Positions 21,139 to 30,747 are shown, numbered from the stretch's first letter. The stretch: DNA of 61,198 nucleotides from Clostridia bacterium (GCA_016296415.1 JAEDJH010000001.1:1-61198), one strand, 5' to 3'. Numbers and translations: made by a program. The notes: generated by a model from the letters alone, not told the origin.

Positions 21139-22935
21139 TTATTTCCTGCTGATTGCGCCGAACTTACAGGTCGATTCGCAAGCACCGCACTTTATGCACT
21201 TAGAACTGTCGATCGTGTACGGACTCTTGATCTGACCGGAAATTGCACCGGCAGGGCAGGCACGGGAGCAGAGAGAGCAGCCCTTGCACTTCTCGGGATC
21301 GATGACGTAGTTGAGCAGAGCCTTACATACGCCGGCGGGGCAGCGCTTCTCGTTGATGTGTGCCTCATACTCATCACGGAAGTAACGGATGGTGCTGAGT
21401 ACGGGGTTGGGAGCGGTCTGACCGAGACCGCAAAGTGCAGACGCCTTGATATTGACAGCAAGCTTCTCGAGCTTCTCAATATCACCGGGCTCGCCGTTGC
21501 CGGAAGTGATCTTGTTGAGCATTTCGAGCATACGACGGGTACCGATTCTGCAGGGCGGGCACTTGCCGCAGGACTCGTCAACGGTGAACTCGAGGAAGAA
21601 CTTTGCGATGTCAACCATGCAGTTATCCTCGTCCATTACGATCATGCCGCCGGAGCCCATCATCGAGCCGATGGAGATAAGGTTATCATAGTCGATCGGT
21701 ACATCAAGATGCGATGCGGGGATGCATCCGCCTGAAGGACCGCCGGTCTGTGCAGCCTTGAACTTCTTGCCGTTGGGGATGCCGCCGCCGATTTCGTAAA
21801 TAACTTCGCGAAGGGTGGTGCCCATCGGGATCTCTACGAGACCGGTATTGTTGATCTTTCCGCCGAGAGCGAACACCTTGGTACCCTTGCTCTTCTCGGT
21901 ACCCATGGAAGCGAACCATTCGGGACCGTTGAGGATGATCTGGCAGATGTTTGCATAGGTCTCAACGTTGTTGAGAAGGGTGGGCTTGCCGAACAGACCC
22001 TTGACCGCCGGGAACGGAGGACGGGGACGGGGCTCACCGCGCTGACCTTCGATGGAAGCAATGAGTGCAGTTTCTTCGCCGCAGACGAATGCGCCGGAGC
22101 CGAGCCTAAGGTCGATATCGAAGCTGAAGTCGGTACCGAAGATGTTGTTGCCGAGAAGACCGTTTTCCCTCGCTTGGTTGATAGCGATGCGGAGACGCTT
22201 AACAGCGATCGGGTACTCTGCACGAACGTAGATGTAGCCCTGCTGTGCGCCGATTGCGTAACCGGCGATCGTCATTGCCTCAAGTACGGCATGGGGGTCG
22301 CCCTCGAGAACGGAACGATCCATGAATGCTCCGGGGTCACCCTCGTCAGCGTTACAGCAAACATACTTTATGTCGCTTTCGGGCTGCTTGGCAAACTGCC
22401 ACTTCATGCCGGTGGGGAATCCTCCGCCGCCACGACCGCGCAGACCGGACTTTTTGATAATGTCGATTACATCGTCACGGGAAAGCTCGGTCAGGCACTT
22501 TGCAAGAGCCTGATAGCCGTCGAATGCAATGTATTCGTCAATGTTTTCGGGATCGATAACGCCGCAGTTACGCAGTGCGACACGCCTCTGCTTTTTGTAG
22601 AAGTCAACGTTGTCGAGAGAATGGATGTTGTTGTTTTCGTCGATGCTCTCCTTGTAAAGCAGCTCGGTAACAATACGACCCTTTACAAGATGCTCGGAGA
22701 CGATGCGCTCAACATCGCTTACCTTTATCCGGCTATAGAATGCGCCTTCGGGATAAATGATAACGACGGGACCGTTTTCGCAAAGACCGAAGCAGCCGGT
22801 GTGAACAACCTTAACCTCTTTTTCAATACCGGCCTTTTTCAGCTCCTCTTCAAAAGCGGCGATGATGCCGTGAGAGTTCGAGGAAGCACAGCCTGTACCT
22901 GTACAAACAAGAATTTGAGAACGGTAAAATTCCAT
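21139..22935 (-). CDS. NuoF-like NAD(P)H-binding flavoprotein subunit (HydB type: N-terminal 2Fe-2S thioredoxin-like domain, FMN/NADH core, C-terminal 2x[4Fe-4S])
   Basis: GRGGGGFPTGMKW and the CGKCPPCRIG N3-cluster motif. C-terminal CKGCSLCSRACP and CIKCGACESTC. I moved the start to ATG 22935, which has GGAGG 8 nt upstream. The ORF-track TTG at 22950 lies inside the SD. Confidence 0.88.
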   Translation of the reverse strand: MEFYRSQILVCTGTGCASSNSHGIIAAFEEELKKAGIEKEVKVVHTGCFGLCENGPVVIIYPEGAFYSRIKVSDVERIVSEHLVKGRIVTELLYKESIDENNNIHSLDNVDFYKKQRRVALRNCGVIDPENIDEYIAFDGYQALAKCLTELSRDDVIDIIKKSGLRGRGGGGFPTGMKWQFAKQPESDIKYVCCNADEGDPGAFMDRSVLEGDPHAVLEAMTIAGYAIGAQQGYIYVRAEYPIAVKRLRIAINQARENGLLGNNIFGTDFSFDIDLRLGSGAFVCGEETALIASIEGQRGEPRPRPPFPAVKGLFGKPTLLNNVETYANICQIILNGPEWFASMGTEKSKGTKVFALGGKINNTGLVEIPMGTTLREVIYEIGGGIPNGKKFKAAQTGGPSGGCIPASHLDVPIDYDNLISIGSMMGSGGMIVMDEDNCMVDIAKFFLEFTVDESCGKCPPCRIGTRRMLEMLNKITSGNGEPGDIEKLEKLAVNIKASALCGLGQTAPNPVLSTIRYFRDEYEAHINEKRCPAGVCKALLNYVIDPEKCKGCSLCSRACPAGAISGQIKSPYTIDSSKCIKCGACESTCKFGAISRK

Positions 22936-22950
22936 TGTACTTACCTCCAA

Positions 22951-23328
22951 TTATTTCTGATTGTTCTCGTAGTAACCGATGGTGTATTCGGAAACAACGC
23001 GATCGTTTACGATATGCTCGGTGACGATTCTGGAAACCATGTCGGGGGTTACCTTGCAGTAGGTGACCTTTTCCTGATCGGGCTTATAAACCTCGACGAT
23101 GGGCTCAAGACGGCAAATGCCGATGCAGCCGGTCTGAGCAACAACAACGTTCTGAATGGAACGCCTTGCGATTTCATCCATGAAGCTTGCAAGAACGGGA
23201 CGTGCGCCCGCTGCGATACCGCAGGTTGCCATGCCGACAACTATACGGGTGCCGGCATTTTCCTTGCGAAGATTGATGGATTCAAGGGTCTTCTTGCGGA
23301 TAGCCTCGAGTTCCTGTAAAGATTTCAT
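22951..23328 (-). CDS. Thioredoxin-like [2Fe-2S] ferredoxin
   Basis: 125 aa. RIVVGMATCGIAAGARPV...VAQTGCIGICRLEPIVEV resembles the NuoE C-terminal/2Fe-2S thioredoxin-like fold. Confidence 0.75.
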   Translation of the reverse strand: MKSLQELEAIRKKTLESINLRKENAGTRIVVGMATCGIAAGARPVLASFMDEIARRSIQNVVVAQTGCIGICRLEPIVEVYKPDQEKVTYCKVTPDMVSRIVTEHIVNDRVVSEYTIGYYENNQK

Positions 23329-23331
23329 TAT

Positions 23332-23889
23332 TTATATACCTCCGTTTAATTCTTCAATTCCTTGATACAGATAGTCTTTCATCCACGTGGTTATATCGGG
23401 TAAATTCAGCGGTACTTCCTCACCCAATATCTTGCGGATTTCACGGGTATCGAACACGAAACGGTTACCGTCCACGGTGTAGTCATATACGAAGTCGATA
23501 CTTTCGTTGCAAGCTACCAGTGTGACCATCGTTTCAGCCATGTCGCCCATGGGAGGGCGGTCAATGTGGGAAATTCTGTACGTTACGCCGATGAAAGTGC
23601 CGACACCAGGCTCGGAATTTAATGTGAACGTTCCGTCACATACCTCCGCACCTGCCTTGAAAAACGGGATGCCGAGTCCGACCTTTCTGGTGGTTCGGGA
23701 GGTTGCAAACGGGCTTATGACCTTGTTTGCCTGCTCCCGGCTCATTCCGCAGCCGTTATCATTTACGGAAACGCTCATCTCGTCGATGTCATGCCTGACA
23801 TTAACGTTGATCTCTATAAGCGTTGCTCCGGCACTGATAGAGTTTTGGACGATGTCCATAACGTGCAGTGCAATTTCCTTCATGAACAT
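23332..23889 (-). CDS. Stand-alone GHKL (histidine-kinase-like) ATPase-domain protein
   Basis: 185 aa. N-box HVMDIVQNSISAG, G1 NDNGCGM, G2 KVGLGIPF. No sensor or DHp domain. Confidence 0.75.
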   Translation of the reverse strand: MFMKEIALHVMDIVQNSISAGATLIEINVNVRHDIDEMSVSVNDNGCGMSREQANKVISPFATSRTTRKVGLGIPFFKAGAEVCDGTFTLNSEPGVGTFIGVTYRISHIDRPPMGDMAETMVTLVACNESIDFVYDYTVDGNRFVFDTREIRKILGEEVPLNLPDITTWMKDYLYQGIEELNGGI

Positions 23890-23894
23890 GGCTG

Positions 23895-24383
23895 TTATTC
23901 CATGTCGCGATACTTTTTAATGATACCTTCCACTTTAGAAGGAACGAGGCGACCGTAAACCTCGCCGTCGATCATCATTGCGGGAGCAAGACCGCAAGCG
24001 CCGATGCAGCGGGTTGCCGTGAGTGTAAACAAACCGTCGGAGGTGGTCTTGCCTACTTCGACGTTAAGCTGCTTTGCAAGTTCATCCAGAACAAGCTGTG
24101 CGCCTCTTACGTAGCAAGCGGTACCCAGACACAGTCCGATCGTATGCTTGCCGTTGGGTTCGAGCGTAAACAGCGAATAGAACGTTGCGACACCGTAGAT
24201 TTTGGATACCGGTTCGCCGGTCCTTGCAGAAATGTAATTCTGTACTTCCTCATCGACGCAGCCGATATGCTCTTGTGCGTGCTGCATGATGGGGAGAAGT
24301 CCTCCGGGGACGTTCTTCCACTGTTCGATAACAACATCGAGCTCTTTGAAAAGTTCAGTACGAGTGCTATTCTCGTTGGCCAT
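23895..24383 (-). CDS. NuoE-like [2Fe-2S] subunit (HydC type)
   Basis: 162 aa. LLPIMQHAQEHIG..ATFYSLF..CLGTACYVRGA..TATRCIGACGLAPAMMI (four Cys of the N1a-type cluster). Confidence 0.88.
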   Translation of the reverse strand: MANENSTRTELFKELDVVIEQWKNVPGGLLPIMQHAQEHIGCVDEEVQNYISARTGEPVSKIYGVATFYSLFTLEPNGKHTIGLCLGTACYVRGAQLVLDELAKQLNVEVGKTTSDGLFTLTATRCIGACGLAPAMMIDGEVYGRLVPSKVEGIIKKYRDME

Positions 24384-24572
24384 TAAAACCTTACCTCCTT
24401 AAATATTGCATACGCCTTCATTCCTGGCGTTTTTGCATATAAAACAGATGCTTTCGCACCACATATATACTAACACATGTATGGGATAAAATAAAGTAAA
24501 AAATGCTGAATAATTTATATATTTCTCACAAAGTTCTCATTCGGCACATTTTTTGCAAAAAATATCTCGCTC

Positions 24573-27218
24573 TTACGGTGTTACGGAATTACTGTTTATG
24601 AGGTTTTCGGGTGCGGCCGACTCCTTCTTCTCAAAATAGAAGGTTATAATATCCTCGATGGCAGGAACGCTCGAGCTTCCGGATATTCCGCACGGAACGC
24701 AGACGACAATTACTATCTCGGGATTTTCACGGGGGGCATAGGTAACAAACCACGACGTATTTTCAATATCGATCGGGTTGTTTCCCACCTGAGCCGTTCC
24801 GGACTTTCCGGAGATCATGTCGATGTATTTTGTTGTATTTCCGTCGTTATCGGTATATACCCGTTCCAGAAATTCCTGGCTGAATTTTCCCGCCGCAGTA
24901 CCCTGGTCCTCCAGTGAAACAACGCCCTTGAGTCCGCTCATAACCGCCTGCCAATATTCCTGCGGAGCGTCTATTTTGGCAAAGACCTCAGGCTCAGTTT
25001 GATAAACGGTCGAGCCGTCGTTTGCGGTAACCTTATCCACAATATGCACGTTGTAGACGGTCCCGCCGTTTACAAGTGCGGCAACGTAGCGGGAAACGGC
25101 GATTGGCGTAACGATACAAACTCCCTGCCCAATGCCGGTACGTATCGTCAGGTTATTTTTCCATTGTATTTCGTTTAGCATCGAGGTAATGTCACGAACC
25201 CATGATTTTGAACGTGAAATGCCCTCGGGGATACCGATTATGTCGCTGAGTATGCGTCTTACCTCAGAGCCCTTACCTGCAAGACCCGATCCGTCCTGCA
25301 GCTCCATAAGCCTCAGGGCGCACTCCTTTATCGCATCGTCGCTCGCCTCTTTGCCATATTCCTCGAGGTAGGCATAAAGGTTTTCCTTCAGGGCATTATA
25401 AACGTACCCGGGAAGACTGCTCTTTTGTTTGCCGAGCGAATATACGCCGTTTGAATAGGAAACGAGCGAATTGTCAAAAAGCACCCTCTGCCCTCCGATC
25501 GAACCGACCTCCTCACCGGTAAGCTCTATTTGTGTAGGGGAGCTGAGTCCGAAGGTATTTGCCCATTTATCAAGCTTTTCAATACCCAACCTGTTTGCGA
25601 CCTCAAAAAAGAAATAGTTGCAGGAGTTGGACAGCGCAAGCACTATATCCTGCTGTGCGTGCTTTGATGTGTTCTTCTGCCAGCACTCGGGAGCATTGTC
25701 CTTAATAAGCATGCCGTCCTCCTCGTAATAGTACGGGGATTCATCGTCGATTCTGGTATCAAGGGTTATTACACCTTCCATCAGTCCGGCCACGCCTGTT
25801 ACCATCTTGAAAACCGATCCCAAAGGATTTTTGGATGCTATTGCCTTATTTAAAAGCGGCGTATCAGAGGCCCCTGCACCGAGAAGGTAGTCATACTGTT
25901 CATTGGAAAGCCCCTCGACAAACCAGTTTGGATCAAACGACGGATATGATGCCATCGCAATAACGTCGCCGTTTGAAGCATCAAGCACAACCATTGCGCC
26001 CGTTGAGGCGAGATCAACTTCCTTATCTCCGTACTTTTCGCCGTCAACATCGGCTTCAAGCATCTCAAGCCCCTTTTGATTCAGCTCGTAAATAAGATCC
26101 GCAAGCGCCTGCTCAGTGCGCAGCTGATACGTTATGTCTATGGTGAGCATTACGTCGTTGCCGTTTGTCGCCGGTCTCGACGAGATCTCACGCACCTCGG
26201 AGCCGTTCGAATTGACCTCTATGACACGTTCACCCTGATGCTCGGTGGTTGCGCCCGTCAAATAGGACTCCATCGTCTTTTCAATTCCGGAAACGCCCAC
26301 ATAGTCGGTATATGAATAACCGCCCTCCTCGGTCTGGCTCTTTTGCATATAGCCGAGTATATGTGCGGCAGTCTCACCGTACGGATACACCCTTTTCGTG
26401 GTCTGCTGAGTCATCAGCCCGGGAAGCTCATCTTTAAGCATCTCTATCTGCGCCACGACCGACATACTGACATCATATGCAATCGTAACGGGCTCGTATG
26501 CCTTATAGTTGTTGAGGTTTATTTCCTGCCTTACGGAAATGACTTTTAATGCGTCTTCGGCGGACACCTCCTCGGGAATGAACCATTCCTCCCTCAGCTC
26601 CATGTACGCATCCTCCGCAGACTTCCATTTTTCCATACATTCACGCATTTTGGCGGCAATGTTCTGTACGAGCTGTTCCTCGCTTCCGCTGCGTTCATCC
26701 TTTTGCATAAGTTCCTTCATCCGTTGAAGATCGTCGTCATTCATCAGATGCTTTTTAATATTAAATCCCATGGCATCGCAGAAGTTTTTATAGCGATAAT
26801 ACGTGGCATAGGTACTTGTTACGCCCCAATCGTAATAAAAACTGCCCTGCTCGTCCATGCGGATATAAGAAGTATCGACAACCTTGCCTCCGCCGTCCTC
26901 GATTATCTTTATCGCATCCAAAAGTGCCTCGGTATATACAGAGTTATAATATGACGTTCTGTTGTTTCCGTCCCTTAGAAACAGCACGTTATAGGAATTT
27001 TCGCTGTACGCCAAAACTATGCCGTTTCTGTCAAGTATGCTTCCGCGGCTCCCCTTGAGCGTTATCACACGCTCCTTCCTCGTTTCGGCCTTCTCCGCCT
27101 GTGCCGCACCCTCTTTCAGCGTTACAACGCCAAGCCTGTATATAAGCGAGCACATCATCGCCAGCATGAGCACGCAGGTAATAACGTATCTAAATATGGG
27201 ACGTTTCGCTCTTTTCAT
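24573..27218 (-). CDS. mrdA: Penicillin-binding protein 2 (elongasome class B transpeptidase), long form
   Basis: N-terminal TM anchor. Transpeptidase motifs SVFK, SCN and KSGT. Directly downstream of mreC-mreD. 881 aa, with visibly long insertions. Confidence 0.85.
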   Translation of the reverse strand: MKRAKRPIFRYVITCVLMLAMMCSLIYRLGVVTLKEGAAQAEKAETRKERVITLKGSRGSILDRNGIVLAYSENSYNVLFLRDGNNRTSYYNSVYTEALLDAIKIIEDGGGKVVDTSYIRMDEQGSFYYDWGVTSTYATYYRYKNFCDAMGFNIKKHLMNDDDLQRMKELMQKDERSGSEEQLVQNIAAKMRECMEKWKSAEDAYMELREEWFIPEEVSAEDALKVISVRQEINLNNYKAYEPVTIAYDVSMSVVAQIEMLKDELPGLMTQQTTKRVYPYGETAAHILGYMQKSQTEEGGYSYTDYVGVSGIEKTMESYLTGATTEHQGERVIEVNSNGSEVREISSRPATNGNDVMLTIDITYQLRTEQALADLIYELNQKGLEMLEADVDGEKYGDKEVDLASTGAMVVLDASNGDVIAMASYPSFDPNWFVEGLSNEQYDYLLGAGASDTPLLNKAIASKNPLGSVFKMVTGVAGLMEGVITLDTRIDDESPYYYEEDGMLIKDNAPECWQKNTSKHAQQDIVLALSNSCNYFFFEVANRLGIEKLDKWANTFGLSSPTQIELTGEEVGSIGGQRVLFDNSLVSYSNGVYSLGKQKSSLPGYVYNALKENLYAYLEEYGKEASDDAIKECALRLMELQDGSGLAGKGSEVRRILSDIIGIPEGISRSKSWVRDITSMLNEIQWKNNLTIRTGIGQGVCIVTPIAVSRYVAALVNGGTVYNVHIVDKVTANDGSTVYQTEPEVFAKIDAPQEYWQAVMSGLKGVVSLEDQGTAAGKFSQEFLERVYTDNDGNTTKYIDMISGKSGTAQVGNNPIDIENTSWFVTYAPRENPEIVIVVCVPCGISGSSSVPAIEDIITFYFEKKESAAPENLINSNSVTP

Positions 27219-27754
27219 CGCTCGTTACCACCTGTCATTTTCTGTACAACCTTTGTGACGGACGACTGTTCCTTCATGCCCCGTCTCAATATAATATGAA
27301 GCAGGACGCAAACGCCTGCCGTCAGCAGCACACACGGAAGTATATACGTTATCATCACCGCGATATATGAGGAAAAAACCGCTCCCGAAAGAAGCGCACC
27401 CAATGAAACGAGGCTCATGTGCAAAAATGAGCATACCGAGGCCACTGCCGCCGGAACGATAACGTTGTCGGCATAATACTTTTGGTAGAAAAAGCCTCCG
27501 AGCATACCTGCGACAATATAGCTTATTGCAGTAAGCCCAATGATGCTGTTAAACATAATATCGAAAAGCAAGCCGAAAACTCCACCTATGATTGCGGCGG
27601 TCTTTTGACCCATAAATATACCGATAGATACGGTAAGCGCAAGCATTGCGTAAGGGCGGAACCCGAAAAAGTTGAAAAGCGGAAAAACGGCGCTGTCGAG
27701 TAAAAAACAAACCGCTATGCTTATCGTCAGCCGAAGCGCTTTCATATCACTCAC
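27215..27754 (-). CDS. mreD: Rod shape-determining protein MreD
   Basis: 179-aa polytopic membrane protein between mreC and the PBP2 gene. Overlaps both neighbours. Confidence 0.8.
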   Translation of the reverse strand: MSDMKALRLTISIAVCFLLDSAVFPLFNFFGFRPYAMLALTVSIGIFMGQKTAAIIGGVFGLLFDIMFNSIIGLTAISYIVAGMLGGFFYQKYYADNVIVPAAVASVCSFLHMSLVSLGALLSGAVFSSYIAVMITYILPCVLLTAGVCVLLHIILRRGMKEQSSVTKVVQKMTGGNER

Positions 27755-28589
27755 CGTCCTCCGCCGAAATGATGATTAGTACCTCCTCCAGATGTCCAAA
27801 ATCCACCGCAGGCTTTATTATCGCATTCACCTCGGATGATCCGTCAGCTGTCAGCATTACCTCGGAAACCGTGCCTACAACAATTCCCTTTGGAAAAAGG
27901 CCGCCATTGCCATCGGTCAAAATCACGTCACCCGGCACAAGGTCGCTTTCGGTCGGAAGGTAATAAAGCTCAAGCACGTTGTTTGCAGCGGAGGTTGACA
28001 TTACTCCTCTTGCCATAGCATAGTCCCTTGTACGCTCGACCATTACGCTGACGCTGGAGCTTGCGTCGATTATGCAGGTAACCTTTGCCCACGTGGCTCC
28101 CACCTCGGTAACGCGCCCGATAAGACCGGCGGAATTAACAACGGGCATACCTTTTTCAACGCCCTTGTTTCGTCCTGCGTTTATCGTAAAGGTTTCAAAA
28201 TAGGCGTACTGGCTTTTTCCGATTATCTGTGCGGCCACGGTTTCGGCATTGTCAAACGTTGCGGAATAGTTCAATAAATCCCTCAAGCGCTCGTTCTCCG
28301 CCCTGACGGTCTCGAGTTCGGACAGCATGGCCTCGTACTGTGCGATCTGCGCCTTAAGCTGCTCGTTTTCCTTGTCCGCATCGGTTGTATTGAACGTATT
28401 TTCAAAGAAATTTATTATGGAGGTGGACGCCTTGTATGAGAATGTCTGAATAGGCTGAAAAACCGAACCCACGGTACCCTCTATCCAAGTAAGGGTGCGC
28501 TCTCCGGAGGTGACAAGCGCAATAACAGCAAGTGCAATCACGGCTGCGATTGCAACCAGTATCGGCTTATTAAAAGAAATCTTCTTCAT
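27747..28589 (-). CDS. mreC: Rod shape-determining protein MreC
   Basis: N-terminal TM, a coiled-coil (ENEQLKAQIAQYEAMLSELETVRAENERLRDLL) and beta-rich C-terminal domains. I preferred ATG 28589 (9 nt from GGAGG) over ATG 28595 (3 nt). Confidence 0.88.
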   Translation of the reverse strand: MKKISFNKPILVAIAAVIALAVIALVTSGERTLTWIEGTVGSVFQPIQTFSYKASTSIINFFENTFNTTDADKENEQLKAQIAQYEAMLSELETVRAENERLRDLLNYSATFDNAETVAAQIIGKSQYAYFETFTINAGRNKGVEKGMPVVNSAGLIGRVTEVGATWAKVTCIIDASSSVSVMVERTRDYAMARGVMSTSAANNVLELYYLPTESDLVPGDVILTDGNGGLFPKGIVVGTVSEVMLTADGSSEVNAIIKPAVDFGHLEEVLIIISAEDGE

Positions 28590-28709
28590 GCCCATGCGCC
28601 TCCTAAATTGATATTATAAAGGCTTTTGCTGATTTAATCAACTAAAGCCTGATAAACGTCACAAATTATTAAAAGTACCGCCAAGCTTTGGCATTAAAAG
28701 CTGCTGTGC

Positions 28710-30017
28710 TTACCCGATAACACGCTCCATGCCGTATGTTTTGGCTTCTTTCATGGCATATTCGATATCCACGCTCAGAAAAGCGCCGTTTTCATACAGT
28801 ATTTTCCCCTGCACCATCGTCAGGCAGACGTCGTTTCCTTTCGCCGCATATACCGCTGCCGATACGGGATCATAAACGGGCTGAATATGCGGCTTGTCAC
28901 AGTCAAGCATTATTGCGTCGGCATCCAAGCCTGCGCACAGCCTGCCGCACTCCATTTCCCTGCCCTGCGCCCTTGCGCCGTTTACGGTGGCAAGCTTTAA
29001 CGCATCGTACGCATTTATTACCGTGGGGTCGGAATTGATGCACTTTGCGATGAGCGCCGCAGCCTTTATCTCTTCAAACAGGTCATGCGAGTTGTTCGAG
29101 CAGCAGCCGTCTGTACCCAATGCAACGTTTACACCCTTGTCGACCATGCGCTTTATGTTGGCAAATCCGCTGGCAAGCTTCATGTTTGAAATCGGATTAT
29201 GGGCGCAGGAAACACCCTTCTCACGCATTATGTCATGGTCTTCCTCCTCTGCCCAAACGCAGTGTGCGGCAATAGTACGGCTGTCAAAAATGCCTTCGTC
29301 GTACAGCACCCGTGCCGGAGTTTTTCCGTTTCGGGTCCTGCATTCCTCGTGCTCCTTTTTTGTCTCGGACAGATGAACGTGCATAGTAAGACCGTATTTT
29401 TGCGCCAACTCCGCCATGCAGCTTCTTGCCTCCGTAAAAGAGGTGTATTCGCCGTGGATCGCCGCATCCGCACGAATTCTGCCGTTCGCCCTGCCGTGCC
29501 AATTTGTCGCAAGCTCGACCGTTTCCGAGATGCTTCTGTCCAAAGCAGGATTATAAGTGCCTTTATCAAGGGCCACGAGAGCATTCGACAGGGAAACCTT
29601 TATGCCCATTTTTTCGGCGATGGCGGCTATGCTCGGCTGATAAAAATACATATCGCTTATGGAAGTTGTGCCGAAACGAAGCATTTCGGCCGCACCGAGT
29701 CTGAATCCTGCGGCAACCGCCCTTTCGTCCAGTCTGCCCTCTGCCGGAAAAACCTTTTTGAACAGCCACTCGTCCAGTGTGTAGTCATCCGCATAGCCCC
29801 GCATGATGCTCATTGCGGTGTGGGCATGCGTGTTTATCAGCCCGGGCATAAGTATATTTCCGGCGCAGTTTTTAACGACCGTCGCTTTTTCAGTGCAGCT
29901 TCCCTCGCCAATGCAGGCGATTTTTCCGTCCGATACGCCAAGATAGCCGCTTTTTATTACGGGGCATTCGTCGGACATCGTGATTATGCAGGCGTTGACA
30001 AAAAGTAGATCAAGCAC
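28710..30017 (-). CDS. mtaD: Amidohydrolase, 5-methylthioadenosine/S-adenosylhomocysteine deaminase type
   Basis: 435 aa. LMPGLINTHAHTAMSIMRGYADD metal-binding HxH motif, then ..HLSET.. and ..LGTDG.. motifs. GTG start 1 nt after the folT stop. Confidence 0.8.
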   Translation of the reverse strand: MLDLLFVNACIITMSDECPVIKSGYLGVSDGKIACIGEGSCTEKATVVKNCAGNILMPGLINTHAHTAMSIMRGYADDYTLDEWLFKKVFPAEGRLDERAVAAGFRLGAAEMLRFGTTSISDMYFYQPSIAAIAEKMGIKVSLSNALVALDKGTYNPALDRSISETVELATNWHGRANGRIRADAAIHGEYTSFTEARSCMAELAQKYGLTMHVHLSETKKEHEECRTRNGKTPARVLYDEGIFDSRTIAAHCVWAEEEDHDIMREKGVSCAHNPISNMKLASGFANIKRMVDKGVNVALGTDGCCSNNSHDLFEEIKAAALIAKCINSDPTVINAYDALKLATVNGARAQGREMECGRLCAGLDADAIMLDCDKPHIQPVYDPVSAAVYAAKGNDVCLTMVQGKILYENGAFLSVDIEYAMKEAKTYGMERVIG

Positions 30018-30018
30018 T

Positions 30019-30537
30019 TTATTTTTTCTCCGAAGCTAATGGAAATTTTACGAATTTTTGCATTGCAAGAAGCTTTATAACGACCACCTCTATCGGCAGC
30101 ATTATCCCAAACTTTATAAGCCTCGATGGCATTAATGCGGTCAAGGCGGCATCCTCGGTAATTATGTACAGCCACAGCGTATCGAGTATTAACGAAGAAA
30201 CAAGCAGGCTCAATCCTGCGGCCGCTATTATCCTCAAAAGGGTTTTTTCCTTGTTGTACAATATGAGTCCGAATATTACGCCGCCGATAAAGGCCGACAG
30301 CGTAAATCCGGGGAAATAAGGCCCTATCGGAAACAGTATCGCCCCGAGAAAATCCCCCAGCGCCGCTATACAGCCGGCAAATACGGGCCCGTAAAGCATC
30401 GCTGCTGTTACAACAGGCACAAAGGCAAAGCCGATTTTTACAATGGCAGTGCTTATCGACAGAAATCTTGAAAGCACAATTTCAATCGCCAAAAGCGTGC
30501 CAAGGATGACGATTTTTCTGATGTTGCTGTTTTTCAT
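30019..30537 (-). CDS. folT: Folate-family ECF transporter S component FolT
   Basis: 172 aa from ATG 30537 (SD AAGGGGA). MKNSNIRKIVILGTLLAIEIVLSRF...FPIGPYFPGFTLSAFIGG. Preceded by a THF riboswitch. The ORF-track 233-aa version runs through the riboswitch. Confidence 0.82.
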   Translation of the reverse strand: MKNSNIRKIVILGTLLAIEIVLSRFLSISTAIVKIGFAFVPVVTAAMLYGPVFAGCIAALGDFLGAILFPIGPYFPGFTLSAFIGGVIFGLILYNKEKTLLRIIAAAGLSLLVSSLILDTLWLYIITEDAALTALMPSRLIKFGIMLPIEVVVIKLLAMQKFVKFPLASEKK

Positions 30538-30563
30538 TGTTTGTTCCCCTTTGCCGCCCAACC

Positions 30564-30588
30564 AAAAAGCCGTCCCAAAAAGGACGGC
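30564..30588 (-). terminator. Riboswitch expression-platform terminator
   Basis: Minus strand reads GCCGTCC-TTTTT-GGGACGGC followed by TTTTTGG. It lies between the THF aptamer and the folT SD. Confidence 0.75.
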
Positions 30589-30648
30589 AGAGGTCAGCTC
30601 AAGTAAATTGCAAACGGGCATATACCCTATCATACGACAAATTACTAT

Positions 30649-30747
30649 ACAGCGGACGCAATACGATACCGCAAGCCGCATAAATCGGCTTTTCGTCATG
30701 GGGCAACTTCCCATCCCCACGCACTTGACGCATCGTACCTACTCTGC
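30649..30747 (-). promoter_or_regulatory. THF (tetrahydrofolate) riboswitch aptamer
   Basis: Minus strand reads GCAGAGTAGGTACGATGCGTCAAGTGCGTGGGGATGGGAAGTTGCCCCATGACGAA..GCGGTATCGTATTGCGTCCGCTGT. It shares the AGAGUAG, GCGUNAAGUG, AUGGGA, ACGAA, GCGGU and AUUGCNUCCGCU cores of the E. siraeum THF riboswitch (recalled sequence). It sits upstream of folT, the classical target. Confidence 0.85.

Noticed and set aside
20773-21735. Long plus-strand ORF (320 aa) spanning the miaB start, the intergenic region and the NuoF-like gene.
   Set aside because: It is antisense to two well-supported genes and crosses a terminator and promoter. The product is low-complexity (Ala/Gly/Leu-rich) and there is no SD. 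The same reasoning applies to the other long shadow ORFs: 22174..23319, 41081..42049, 43288..44187, 29199..30008, 1514..2080, 3825..4445, 47967..48599 and 48801..49391.
24384-24572. Searched the region upstream of the NuoE-like operon for a Rex box (TTGTGAA-N6-TTCACAA).
   Set aside because: Only a single half-site-like TTGTGAG (minus strand) is present, with no matching second half. That is not enough to call an operator.
30538-30720. N-terminal 61 codons of the 233-aa ORF call for the folT gene.
   Set aside because: This stretch is the THF riboswitch aptamer plus its terminator. The conserved FolT sequence begins at ATG 30537, which has its own SD.
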